A stretch of DNA of 37,294 nt from Octopus bimaculoides (taxonomy: Eukaryota): assembly GCF_001194135.2 (NCBI RefSeq), contig NC_069005.1, positions 10,968,612 to 11,005,905 on the forward strand, given 5' to 3'. Within the stretch, counting starts at the first letter, position 1. Every line of letters begins with the position of its first letter. Shown piece by piece: positions 1 through 11,459 of the stretch. Position numbers and translations under genes: made by a program. Below the pieces are notes generated by a model. That model was given only the letters and a program-made list of their open reading frames with translations, was not told the DNA's origin and made no database searches.

Positions 1-300
1 GTTTATTGAGCGAAAACGCCTAAAGCTCCACAAGGCTCCGGTAGCGGATGGTGGCGAACCCTGCTGTACTCTTTCACCTCAACTTTCTCTCACTCTTATA
101 TCCTGTTTCTGTTGTGCCTGAAATTCAAAGTGTCAGCCTTGTCACACTGTGTCACGCTGAATATCCCCAAGAACTATATTAAGGGTACCCGTGTCTGTGG
201 AGTGCTCAGCCACTTGCACGTTAATTTCACGAGCAGGCTGTTCCGTTGATTGGATCAACTGGAACCTTCGACGTCTTAAGCGACGGAGTGCCAACAAGTT
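1..300 (+). mobile_element. SINE-like dispersed repeat (family C), 3' part
   Basis: Nearly the same sequence occurs inverted at 22800-23074, and partly at 30270-30410 (gtggagtgctcagccacttgcacgttaat core). Confidence 0.7.
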
Positions 301-662
301 GTTGACCTTCGTTTCTTTATTAGAAGCTAGTTCCTGCCTTCTAAGAAGAAGTGTAATAAATGAAAAAGGGAAGACACATATTGAATAAAAAAAAAATAGA
401 AAGTCGTTTTATTCATCTGTTATTTTAAAATGAAAAGTTATTGTAAACAAATATTCTTTTTAAATCGCTTGGTTGCGATCCAAAGTCACGTTTAAATTAG
501 AATTATTTTCTCTCCGGATGTCATATGCATTGTTGTGCTAGTCTTGTTCTCGAAGTTAGATAGAACTACAAAATGAGTTTAATAAGGATATTAATTTGAA
601 TGGCAAAAAAATCAGTATGCACAAATATGATACCAGCAACTACATTTCATCTTTTGCAAACG

Positions 663-1232
663 TTATGAAACGAGCGACTGGACATGAACCAGCTCAAGGA
701 AAAGAAGACAAAATGGTAGTGGTGTGTAACAAAAAATAGTACCTTCTTTCCTGATGTATTTTTCCAGGAAGGCCAAGCAATAATGTAACACACCTCTGTC
801 TTTCAAACTTTGGAAAATACTTTCGTATGCCATCGAAAGCATTGAAAAAGAGTTCGGCCAATGTGTGTCAAGATATGAACTCCAGTAAAAGGGGGTGAGG
901 CATATGGAAGCGTGCGCCTGGTCTTTAAAACCGAACATCAAACGAGATAACAGGTAGATTTGCTGCACTACGTGCCTGTTCACATGCGCGTAGCACAGTA
1001 AATGGACCCGAGAATTATTTAGAATTACACCCATGTATATTGGTACGACCATTGACCTCGAAACCGCTGTCACTTTTGCACACCAGCTTGGACATATGGG
1101 AGAACATGGGTAATCCGAAACAACGTAAGATCTGTGATGGTGGTGGTGTTGGTGGTGGTGGTGGTCATCGTCGTCGTCGTCGTCATCGCCGTCGTGGCAG
1201 CGGCAGCTGGAACCGGTAAAACACCTTACTGT
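663..1232 (-). CDS. Unrecognised open frame, probable terminal exon of a neighbouring gene
   Basis: 190 codons without a stop; complex sequence from RSYVVSDYPC...ILNNSRVHLLCY...YCLAFLEKYIRKEGTIFCYTPLP...*. Candidate acceptor ttttaccggttccag at 1207-1208. Minus-strand ATTAAA (578-583) and AATAAA (408-413) lie downstream of the stop. Family not recognised. Confidence 0.5.
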   Translation of the reverse strand, partial: TVRCFTGSSCRCHDGDDDDDDDDHHHHQHHHHHRSYVVSDYPCSPICPSWCAKVTAVSRSMVVPIYMGVILNNSRVHLLCYAHVNRHVVQQIYLLSRLMFGFKDQAHASICLTPFYWSSYLDTHWPNSFSMLSMAYESIFQSLKDRGVLHYCLAFLEKYIRKEGTIFCYTPLPFCLLFLELVHVQSLVS

Positions 1233-1421
1233 TCATAGTATGGTGGAGGTTTCCATTAACCCTCTTCATCGTGTTTCCGGAGATCGAAAACGTGGAACTT
1301 CAAGTAACGGTCGATGAAAATATTTTCAGCTTACAATAAATAGAATAAAACTCTTCAAGAAATATTGAATACTTCCTGATTTCTTCTGGCTAATGTAGTT
1401 TTATATGCCATAACGCGTCAT

Positions 1422-1423
<2 letters not shown>

Positions 1424-1484
<61 letters not shown>

Positions 1485-2122
1485 NNNNNNNNNNNNNNNN
1501 NNNNNNNNNNNNNNNNNNNNNNNNNNNNNNNNNNNNNNNNNNNNNNNNNNNNNNNNNNNNNNNNNNNNNNNNNNNNNNNNNNNNNNNNNNNNNNNNNNNN
1601 NNNNNNNNNNNNNNNNNNNNNNNNNNNNNNNNNNNNNNNNNNNNNNNNNNNNNNNNNNNNNNNNNNNNNNNNNNNNNNNNNNNNNNNNNNNNNNNNNNNN
1701 NNNNNNNNNNNNNNNNNNNNNNNNNNNNNNNNNNNNNNNNNNNNNNNNNNNNNNNNNNNNNNNNNNNNNNNNNNNNNNNNNNNNNNNNNNNNNNNNNNNN
1801 NNNNNNNNNNNNNNNNNNNNNNNNNNNNNNNNNNNNNNNNNNNNNNNNNNNNNNNNNNNNNNNNNNNNNNNNNNNNNNNNNNNNNNNNNNNNNNNNNNNN
1901 NNNNNNNNNNNNNNNNNNNNNNNNNNNNNNNNNNNNNNNNNNNNNNNNNNNNNNNNNNNNNNNNNNNNNNNNNNNNNNNNNNNNNNNNNNNNNNNNNNNN
2001 NNNNNNNNNNNNNNNNNNNNNNNNNNNNNNNNNNNNNNNNNNNNNNNNNNNNNNNNNNNNNNNNNNNNNNNNNNNNNNNNNNNNNNNNNNNNNNNNNNNN
2101 NNNNNNNNNNNNNNNNNNNNNN

Positions 2123-2170
<48 letters not shown>

Positions 2171-2490
2171 ACGTGTGTGTCTATGTGGGTATGCGTATGC
2201 CTTTGTGTGCATGTGTGCGTATGTGTACTTGTGTGTTTACGTTGCGTTTCTATGTATGTGCGTAAGTACGTGCGTGTGTGTCTTTGTAAGTGTGTGCGTG
2301 TGTGAGTGTGTATGCATGTGTATTTATGTGATTGTGTGTGTCTGTGTGTGTGTGCATGTGCATGTATGTGAATGTTTTTGTTCCTGTATGTATGTATGTC
2401 TTTCTGCGTCTTTGCGTTAGTGTATGTGTGTGTGTACATGCATATGTGTGTATGTATGCGTGTGTATGTGTGTGCGCATGTGACTATGTA
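1424..2490. repeat. (GT)n microsatellite spanning a gap, decaying into degenerate GT/AT repeat
   Basis: Pure (GT)n on both sides of gap 1485-2122, then degenerate tgtgta/tgcg units. Confidence 0.95.
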
Positions 2491-2906
2491 CGAGTGCTAA
2501 TCAAAATTAATTTAATTACAAGCCTGCATTGTCTTTCGTCCGATTTTTTCCGTGATTATTTTTTGTAGTTTAATTAGTTCCATCTAGATTAGTCGATGAC
2601 TTAGTTAGACATAGCCTGAATTCTTAGACAAAATACTGGCCATGTGATTNNNNNNNNNNNNNNNNNNNNNNNNNNNNNNNNNNNNNNNNNNNNNNNNNNN
2701 NNNNNNNNNNNNNNNNNNNNNNNNNNNNNNNNNNNNNNNNNNNNNNNNNNNNNNNNNNNNNNNNNNNNNNNNNNNNNNNNNNNNNNNNNNNNNNNNNNNN
2801 NNNNNNNNNNNNNNNNNNNNNNNNNNNNNNNNNNNNNNNNNNNNNNNNNNNNNNNNNNNNNNNNNNNNNNNNNNNNNNNNNNNATGGTGTCAAAACGTTG
2901 AATCTA

Positions 2907-3134
2907 TTGGGTTGTCCGGAAAGTTCGTGCCGATTCTTAGAGGAAAGAAAAAGGTCAATAAATACTTGCCATTACATTTTTAATCAACCAAATATGAACC
3001 ATTTTGTTGCACAATGCATCTCCATCTTTCCTTTAACTTGAAAATACCCTCTTCCCAGAATTGAGGTGGTTTCATGGCAAATAAATCGAAAAGAAAGCTA
3101 CTATAAATCGGCACGAACTTTCTGGACAACCCAC
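2907..3134 (-). mobile_element. Mariner-derived MITE (228 bp) with intact TIRs
   Basis: About 28-bp TIRs (ttgggttgtccggaaagttcgtgccgatt / aatcggcacgaactttctggacaacccac) flanked by TA. The interior encodes a mariner C-terminus, FAMKPPQFWEEGIFKLKERWRCIVQQNGSYLVD*. Confidence 0.9.
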
Positions 3135-3221
3135 TATATTTCCCAATTAGGAGGAGGACAATCGAAAAGATGTTTATAATAAGGATCATTAAGATTCTGT
3201 CCGTAAATGATTACCCAATGA

Positions 3222-3450
3222 AAGGCGGCAACCTAACAGAGTCGTCAGCACGCCGGACGAAATGCTTAGCGGCATTTCGTTCGTCCGTTTTTACGTTCTG
3301 AGTCAAAATTCCGCCGAGGTCATCTTTGCCTTTTATTCTTTCGGGGTCGATGAAATAACAATAAAATGAGTACCAGTTGTATACTGGAGTCGATGTAATC
3401 GACTTCCCCTCACCCCACGAAGTTGCTGACTTTGTGCCAAAATTTGAAAT
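3222..3450 (+). mobile_element. tRNA-derived SINE (family B)
   Basis: Head ggcggc...gttctgagtcaaaattccgccgaggtc with a B-box-like motif. Homologous copies at about 10850-11035, 12655-12800, 24330-24680, 27790-27910 and 35810-36230. Confidence 0.8.
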
Positions 3451-3579
3451 CAATAATTATGCAATGAGAAAAATATATAGTGTCATCGATTGATATCCCT
3501 CCATCCAGCTTCTCCACGAACCATTCTTGGGATAATCGTGTGAATAGAGTCTTCATGCTCCTTTTCCATAGGGTCCATC

Positions 3580-3890
3580 AGAAACAACCTCCATTACACT
3601 CTCCGGTTAGATTTCCAAGCGTGACGAACTGGGGTTTGTGGATATTATTCAACCATCTTGTTCGTGGCCTACACACAGGTCTCCTGCCATCACACTCCTG
3701 GTCTGCCCTTAGGTCTTCTGCCGGTTGGTTCTGTGAAAAGAATTCGTCTTGCGATTCTTTCCTGCCGTATTATAATCACCTGACCGTAGCACCGGAGTTG
3801 GGACTCCTCAAACCAGAGAAGCGGTTCGACCTGGAGCGACTCCATGAACTCTGAGCTACATAGCCTTTCAAATAACGTTAGTTTGGACAC
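3580..3890 (-). mobile_element. Degenerate RTE-clade LINE ORF2 3' fragment
   Basis: VEPLLWFEESQLRCYGQV...ERIARRILFTEPTGRRPKGRP resembles the RTE C-terminal EPLL..IERSQLRW.GHV..M..R..R..L...P.G.RP.GRP motif; contains stops. Confidence 0.7.
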
Positions 3891-4123
3891 CCTTTAGAAC
3901 CCCATTTTGGGCCCTTACATTTTGGTCATTATGCAACATTCATGACTAATACTATTTTTATAATTTCAGCAAGAAACGGATATGTATCTGGAATGTTTCG
4001 GTGTTAATATGACCTCATCAGTGAAGCATAAACTTCACTGTAGTTCACTGAAAAAGGGATCAGAGAATCTACCATGTAAATATACAAGAACATACATTGG
4101 TTGGCGTCAAAATCTGAATTGTA

Positions 4124-4950
4124 TCAGGTCATCCCATAAGTTCTGTCCGATTTGACCTTTTTTTAAATTGAATGAAATTTAATAGTATTTTAGAATGTCT
4201 AATGGAATTTAAAATTATTTTTATGCATTTGTGTACATTTAAACTAGTTAAATATTATTTTATAGAATAATAGAATAAAAATTTATTTGATTAAAACCCT
4301 TTCTAACATGAAATAATGCTTTATGAGTACAAAAAAGGAAACTCTGCAGCCGAAGCGACTCGAAACATACACTCAGTTTATGGGAAAGAATGCTTGAATG
4401 AAAGAACTTGCAGAAGATGGTTTGCAAAATTCAGAAATGGAGATTTCAGCCTTGAAGATGAGGATCGGACAGGACATCCAGTTGAGTTTGATGATAAGCT
4501 CCTTGAATCATTACTTGATGAAAATCCTGCTTTATCAGTTGAAGAACTGGCAATAAAGCTTAGTTCAAACCATACAACTGTTCATCGTCATCTTCAACAA
4601 CTTGGAAAGGTTCCTAAACTTGGAAAATAGGTGCCTCATGAATTTCCGAAAGCAACCGCAGATCACGAGTTGACATCTGCTCTTCTCTCCATTCTCGCGA
4701 ACTAATTTCACCCTTTTTGGATAGACTTGTGACTGGTGACGAAAATGGATCTTCTATCGAAATGTTAAACGTCGTAAACAGTGGCTTGGTAAAAGGGGAA
4801 AAGCTCAAGCACAACCGAGAAGGGAACTTCATGAGAAAAAGGTTCTTCTCTCTATCTGATGGGATTGCAAACGAGTAATTCACTTTGAATTGTTACCACC
4901 TAATGCAACAACCAATGCTCAAGTCTACTGTCAGCGATTAGAGCGTTTGA
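4124..4950 (+). mobile_element. Mariner (Mos1/SETMAR-like) transposon, 3'-truncated pseudogene
   Basis: TA followed by TIR-like tcaggtcatcccataagttctgtccg. HTH region MLYEYKKGNSAAEAT...RRWFAKFRNGDFSLED; linker LGK*VPHE (WVPHEL with W changed to stop); VTGDEKW catalytic motif; frameshifts and stops. Confidence 0.92.
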
Positions 4951-5454
4951 ACCAATAATCTAATGTCTCAAAAAAGAAATATATTAGCCAGCGACTAATA
5001 TAGTACAAGCACATATTAACCTCAAATAACAAAAAGATCAAAAAATATCATGGACGTTTAGGACAAACTTACATACGAAGACGCTTTGGACAGGCAAAAG
5101 GCTAAAGCCTCTCGCCGAGGAAAATGATATGTAATTCGGTAAAAAAAAATACTAAAAAACACTGGAGCAAATATGTCTCCTTGCTTCTCAGTATTCGTGG
5201 AAGAGGTATTGGTTTTTCCGATATTTCAGCTTGTGAGAGTTCTGTTCCAGTGGTGCCTTCATAATAAAGTTAGATTACGAGTTGTAAGATTTGGTGGACA
5301 GTGTAAACCTGAAAATGGTATCTCTTGACTATGTCAAAAAGAAATTTGGTTAATTTATTAACTCCGCGTAAGGAGAGGGAAATCTCTGATCTGTTCCAGA
5401 CGACATCGCTTCTGTGTCGCTGCTAGTAAAAGTCAAGTCCACGTTGCTGCTGAT

Positions 5455-5840
5455 ATGTGTGTGTGGGGGGGGGTGTATGTGTGTATGTGTGTATGTGTTT
5501 GTGTATGCAAGTATTATGTAAGTATGAATGTATATGTATATGTATTTATGTATGCATGTATATGTAAATATATGTGTGCGTGTGCGTGCGTGCGCTCGTG
5601 TGTGTATATATGTGTGCATGTATGTATATATATATATGTATAAACGTATGTATGTATGTATGGGTATATCTATACTGATAAATAAATACACGTGTATGTG
5701 TGTGTGTGTGTATAAGCACACACACACACCCACACAGAAAGAGTCGTGTATGTATATATGTCCGCACGTATGTATGTATTTATATACATACACATAGGTA
5801 TGTATGTATGTATGTATGTATGTACGTACTCTCACACACA

Positions 5841-5881
<41 letters not shown>

Positions 5882-5895
5882 ATACATACACATAC
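5455..5895. repeat. Compound (TG)/(TA)/(TATG) microsatellite
   Basis: Direct inspection. Confidence 0.9.
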
Positions 5896-6000
5896 GCGTG
5901 GTCTGATCAGTAAGTATCCGGACTGTTGCTATAGTAACGAAGCTAAAATACACAGACTGAATTGCACACAGATTGACCTTAAACTCTGCTGGGCATGCGG

Positions 6001-6070
6001 AGGTGGAGGTGGTGGTGGTATTGGTGGTGGTGGTGGAGGTGGTGGTGGTATTGGTGGTGGTGGTGGTGGT
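6001..6070. repeat. (GGT)n repeat
   Basis: Direct inspection. Confidence 0.9.
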
Positions 6071-6436
6071 TTTAAAAACATGTAAACCACACTTTCAAAA
6101 AGAAAAGTAATAATTACCTAATCTTTATATTTATTTAATAATTTCATATTCTACACTAATATATTGTACGTATTAGAGATTTTGCTGTGCTTTGTTTTTC
6201 ACACTAAAAACTGTAAATTACAACCGTTCGATTAACCTCGATTTTATGGATTTTTTGCTCTAACACACACATTAATTAGTCCGTTAATTTGAGGATTTAC
6301 TGAGTAAAATTTTAATAACTATCTCGTTTCTTTGATAATCAATTTCATAATTGTCCGTAGTTGACAGCATGGCCACAGCCCCTATAGCTGAAACTATTGG
6401 AAGAGTAAGAAATTAGACCATACACACAAACACACA

Positions 6437-6722
<286 letters not shown>

Positions 6723-7209
6723 AACGATTCAGCCTACATTGCAGGTAAGAAAGGCTTTGTTTAATACAAGCCAGTGTAGTCAAACTTTAGTGTGATAATA
6801 AATTAACAGAATGCTTAAATAGCTTAAATATTTTCATTTGTCTCAACTCTAACGTACGTCACGCGAGAATGGTCCTGTTCCACAAAGTGCTGCATCAGAT
6901 TTAATTTAAATAATAATAATAATAATAACAATAATTAATTAATTAATGTAATAAAGTGGTTATTTCAAATCTGATACTACTTTTGTAGAAAGTTAGAAAA
7001 TTAAATATTTTCTAAAGGTGAGGCCGTACACTTTACTTCAAGAACATTAACTGCCTCAAAAATATGTGCCAGTTATCTCCCTTTAAAATCGGTACCTTTC
7101 GCTATTAAATTTTTTGCTGATCTTCCATTTTTTTTATTTGTCTTGATGATTGGCCTGCAGTTATGCGGACACACGCTGGCTTGTAGGGTTTTCGTTGAAT
7201 AAATCGATC

Positions 7210-7500
7210 CCAGTACTTATTTGCCTTAAAGTCGGGTACTTTTTTTATTGGTCTCTTTTGCTGAACCGCTTCGTAACGGAATATAAATAAACAGGTTATC
7301 AAGCAGTAGTGAGGAACAAACGCAAACAGATACATACACATATATATAGAGAAGGATACATACATACATACATACATACATACATAACGGGCTTCCACAC
7401 AGTTTCCATGGACCAAATTCACTCATAGTACATTGGTCGAACCGGGCTATTGTAGAACACACTTGCTTAAGGTGTCACTCAGTGGAACCGATGATCCCGG
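7210..7500 (-). mobile_element. Bipartite SINE family A (CORE-like head, central microsatellite, tail)
   Basis: Homologous to the well-preserved copy at 34376-35010. Further copies at about 8190-8430, 8840-9350, 12510-12650, 12935-13045, 16120-16260, 19000-19380, 21020-21180, 21530-21690, 28010-28350, 29150-29330, 29920-30050, 34120-34350 and 36720-37020. Confidence 0.8.
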
Positions 7501-7634
7501 AACTTCTTAACCGCACATGCATTCTTTCGTGCGCGCGCGTGTGTCATGTCTTGGACTCAGAACTTTCGATGTAGCTGTACAGGCACCATCATGCACACAC
7601 ACACACCACCACCACCACCACCACCACCACCACC

Positions 7635-7830
7635 ATGATAGATCGCTGACCACTACACACATTTTTTTCTCTCCTTGTTTCTTTCTGTGTTCTTTTCTGT
7701 TGAAGAGCGTAGGCTCGAAACGTTAAAAACTTTCTCTATTTCCGAGTGTTATACTAATACATCCATTTGTTGTCTACACCACCTGTCTTCGTCTGTTGTT
7801 TTTTCGTCAATTCCCCCTATATATATTAAG
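7635..7830 (+). mobile_element. Short dispersed element carrying a hammerhead-like motif (Penelope/retrozyme type), copy 1
   Basis: Homologous to 34614-34815; contains CTGTTGA-A-GAGC gtag GCTC-GAAACGT and ends in a (TA)n run. Confidence 0.55.
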
Positions 7831-8449
7831 CAGTTTCAGAACTAAAAATAAGATGGCGGTCTACCACCTGACCATGTCACGGTTGGTCGGCTAAAATACA
7901 ATGCATTAATAGATTGCAACCAAAATAAGCCACTGGTTAGAAACATATTTAAAGATGTTATGAATAGGTATAGGAAACGAAATAGTCGTAGTGAGGGAGT
8001 AAAAGACCTTTTTCAAGATGTATGTGAATTTGACTTGTGGAAGTCTGCCATTAGAGGAAAATGTTGTTACCGATCTATTATATTCAGGGTAGACACTGCC
8101 TACCTTGCCTGCCTAGGCGGCACGTCCCCGGTAGGTAGGTAAGTAGGTAGGTAGGTAGGTAGGTAGGTAGGTAGGTAGGTATGTATGTATGTAGATGGCT
8201 CTGTGGTAAGAAGTTTGATTCCCAGCCACATGGTTCTAGGTTCCTACAGTGTGGCACCTGACACAAGTGTCTTCTATCATAGCCTCGAGCCGACCAAAGC
8301 TTTGTTGGTGGATTTGGTATGCGGAAACTGAAAGAAGCCCGTCCTATACGTGTGTGCGTGAACGTGTGTGTGTGCGTGTGTTTTTTTTTTGAGAATGTGT
8401 TTATCCCCGACCACCGCTTAACAACCGCGTAGCACCCTGTACCTTTCGT

Positions 8450-8790
8450 ACAAATGTCTTATAGTAAAAGGCACATGCGATTTACAAGTGGGCACAGGAA
8501 TGTTGGTCGACCATGGCTCAGATATAAGGACAAGCTGAAGAGTAACCTCTTAGAGATGAAGACAGCTCACAACACTTTTAAGCGAAAAGCCATGGAGCGA
8601 AAAAAATGGAGATCGTTGTGCGAAAATGGTATTAAAAACTTTGTTGCAACCAGCATTAACAGGCTTCGGGGTGCAAGGCAAAGAAGAAAAACGGCTACAA
8701 ATATACCACCTGTACTGACTTGTATTCCTCATACTTGCAAGATCTGTGGGCTTCTTTGCAGATCATTGGCGGAAATTAAATGTCCTATTT
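8450..8790 (+). mobile_element. RTE-clade LINE 3' end fragment
   Basis: G.R..GRPWLRYKDKLKSNL...A.ERKKWRSLCENGIKNF...RQRRK...CKICGLLCRS resembles the RTE/BovB-type C-terminus with a terminal CxxC. Confidence 0.7.
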
Positions 8791-9595
8791 GGTTAATAAA
8801 GAAAAGAGTTATATATATATATATATATATGTATATATTTACTCTTTTACTTGTTTCAGTTATTTGAGTGTGGCCATGCTGGAGCACCACCTTTAGTCAA
8901 TCAAATCGACCCCGGGTCTTATTCTTTGTAGGCCTAGTACTTATTCTATTGGTCTCTTTTACCGAACCACTAAGTTACGGGGACGTAAACACACCAGCAT
9001 CGGTTGTCAAGCGATGTTGGGAGGACAAACACAGACACACAACCACATATACACACATACATATATACAACGGGCTTCTTTCAGTTTCCGTCTAACGAAT
9101 CCACTCACAAGGTTTTGGTCGGCCTGAAGCTATAGTAGAAGACACATGCCCAAGGTGCCACGCAGTGGGACTGAACCCGAAACCATATGGTTGATAAGCA
9201 AGCTACTTAGCACACAGCCACATATCAATGACGGACTTCTTTCAGTTTCCTTCTACCAAATCCACTTACAAGATTTGCCTGAAGCTATAGTAAAAGGCGC
9301 TTGCCTAAGATGCTCCGTAGTAAGACTGAACCTGGTACCATGCTGCTGAGAAGCAAGCTTCCGCGATGTGATACCATAAAGGAAAAGTCGCTAAGTGTGA
9401 CTAAGGATCCTGGAGTACCTACATTGCTAAAAATAAGAGTAAAAATACTCTTAACGTTGTAGAGTCAGGCGCACTGCATTCATACATGCATGCATGTCTC
9501 TTCTATTTTCTAATTATTAGAAATCTTCCACTGAGAGCCGGTTTCCAACAAAGATACAAGTCTCCATCTTTGGGATGTAGTTAACTTAGACAAAT

Positions 9596-10200
9596 TCACA
9601 TTTGGAACTTGAGAAAAGTCTTGCATATTTTTACTGTTCCACTCACAGATTGCACTAGTAATGTATGAATCAGCCAGTCAATTTCTCTTCCTGAAAATCC
9701 CAGATTATCCAGATTCTCCTTTAAATATTTACTAACAAAACCTAGTCCTCCAATTATCATTGGTATGAACATGAATTCATAGTCTGGATATAGAAACTGG
9801 AGGTTTCGAAGCAGTTGTCCGTAAATATCCTCTTTTTCTTTGATTTTCAAAGAGATATTTATATCTGCAGGGCGGCTAACCTCTATCATGGTACATCCCT
9901 TTGCCCCTCTGTCGCAAACAACAATACCCGGCCTGTTATGCTTACATTTGACAGACGTTTTGATGGAAATAATTCCTTATTCTTTGAGTTGGTGTTTATG
10001 AATATATTCCATAACATAGGATTTTCTAAGTTTATTTCAGGGCAGCCTTTTTTGCAGATGTCATTGTAAATTGTTTTAGCAACAACATTGTGCCGCATAG
10101 GGAGGTAGTACCGTGACGACGTTTTAGGACAGCTGGTAATCACATGCGTAATGTCTTCCACAGAAACATGACACAGCCTACACATGCGGTTGCACCTTGG
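9596..10200 (-). mobile_element. R4/Dong-like non-LTR retrotransposon 3' end (CCHC knuckle plus restriction-like endonuclease)
   Basis: CRLCHVSVEDITHVITSC...RHNVVA, then (frameshift) RP..IV.CD..IEVSRPADINISLKIKEKEDIY...IIGGLG...KF, i.e. a PD-(D/E)xK RLE domain. Confidence 0.8.
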
Positions 10201-11459
10201 AATTTACAAGAATGTCACTGTCTCTCTTATTCACCAGGTACTTTGTGGCAATCTCCTGTTCATGCATGCATGTATGTATGTATTCTATCTTCTCCCCACA
10301 CCGCTTGAAACCAGTGTTGACCAATAAAATCAGTACCAGACATAAAAATTAAATAGACGGGCCGATTATTCGATTAAACCCAGCTTGGCCGCAATCCAGC
10401 GCCCGAAACAATTAAAATGTATGCCTTACTTAACGGTGTGACAGTCACAGAACTGGAACGTATTTGATTATACATAAGCTGTATCGTTACTGAGTGGGAT
10501 GGGAGGAGGCAGCCACCAACAACGAGGGTTTAAGCTATCCCTTTGTCTACTAGAAATATCAGTCAAATTTCCACCAAATAAAGTCTAGCTGTTGCAAAAT
10601 GGAAGAGAACATGAAAACATAAAAAGGGACGTATCGTTCAGCTTAAACTTAGGGGAGGTAACTTCACATTAAAAACTTTCCAAGAGAGACAATTTTTGGT
10701 TAACTTCTAGTATTCTGCATTTCGTTTGCTTTTTGCCACCTCACATCGTCTCTTTGTGGAGTTCAGTGTAAGGCTTGAACTCATTGAAAACTCCTCTATT
10801 TTTATGCTGTCTTGGCGATTAGGGCCACTATTAGCAAAACAGAGAAAACTTTCTTATATAAACGCCAACCGGCCATTTCGGCAGTCGTGTTCTGAGTTCA
10901 AATTCCGTCGAGGTTGACTTGGCCTTTCATCTTTTCGGGGTGGATAAAATAAGTACCACTTGAGTACTGAGATCCATATAATCGACTCACTCACTCCCCT
11001 TAAATAGCTGGCTTTGTGTCAAAATTTGAAATCAATATTCTCTGCAGCCAAAGTGGTGTTGGTAGTGGAATTTCCATGAGTACAACTTGAGGGGCTCGGG
11101 ACACTGGATGGGAAAAAGCACCCAGTACACTCTGTAAAGCGGTTGGCGTTAGGAAGAGCATCCAGCTGTATAAACCATGACCTAAAACAGTCTATGGAAC
11201 CTGGCACAGCTCACCAGCTCCTGTCAAGCCGTCAAACCCATGCTGGCATGGAAAATGGACGTTAAATGGTGATATTGTTGATGATGTGTGCGCAAGTAGA
11301 CGGATATGCCTAGAAAATGTTTCGTCACGGAGCTAATCGTTATTTCACAAGTCAAGAGTGATGCATTCTGCCAAGGGCGGTTGGCACAAAACTAATGAGG
11401 TTTGAACCAGTTAGCTACCTTAAAGTGACATAAGCTGAGAGCTGTAGGGGGGTGTTCAT

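Noticed and set aside
994-1113. Plus-strand TAVTFAHQLGH resembling the metalloprotease HExxH motif
   Set aside because: A 39-codon frame between stops, Q in place of the catalytic E, and antisense to a much longer open frame.
1390-2568. Long HT/CV-repeat ORFs on both strands
   Set aside because: Translations of (GT)n microsatellite and N gaps. The same applies to ORFs over 5350-5906, 6394-6783, 11533-12206 (gap part), 22921-24088 and 31665-31916.
4990-5440. Complex non-repeat sequence suggesting coding or retroelement origin
   Set aside because: All frames are interrupted and no recognisable motif was found.
5893-6000. Possible mariner TIR end (TA-cgcgtggtctgatcagtaagtatccggac)
   Set aside because: No partner TIR or coding remnant is visible in the window, so it cannot be supported.
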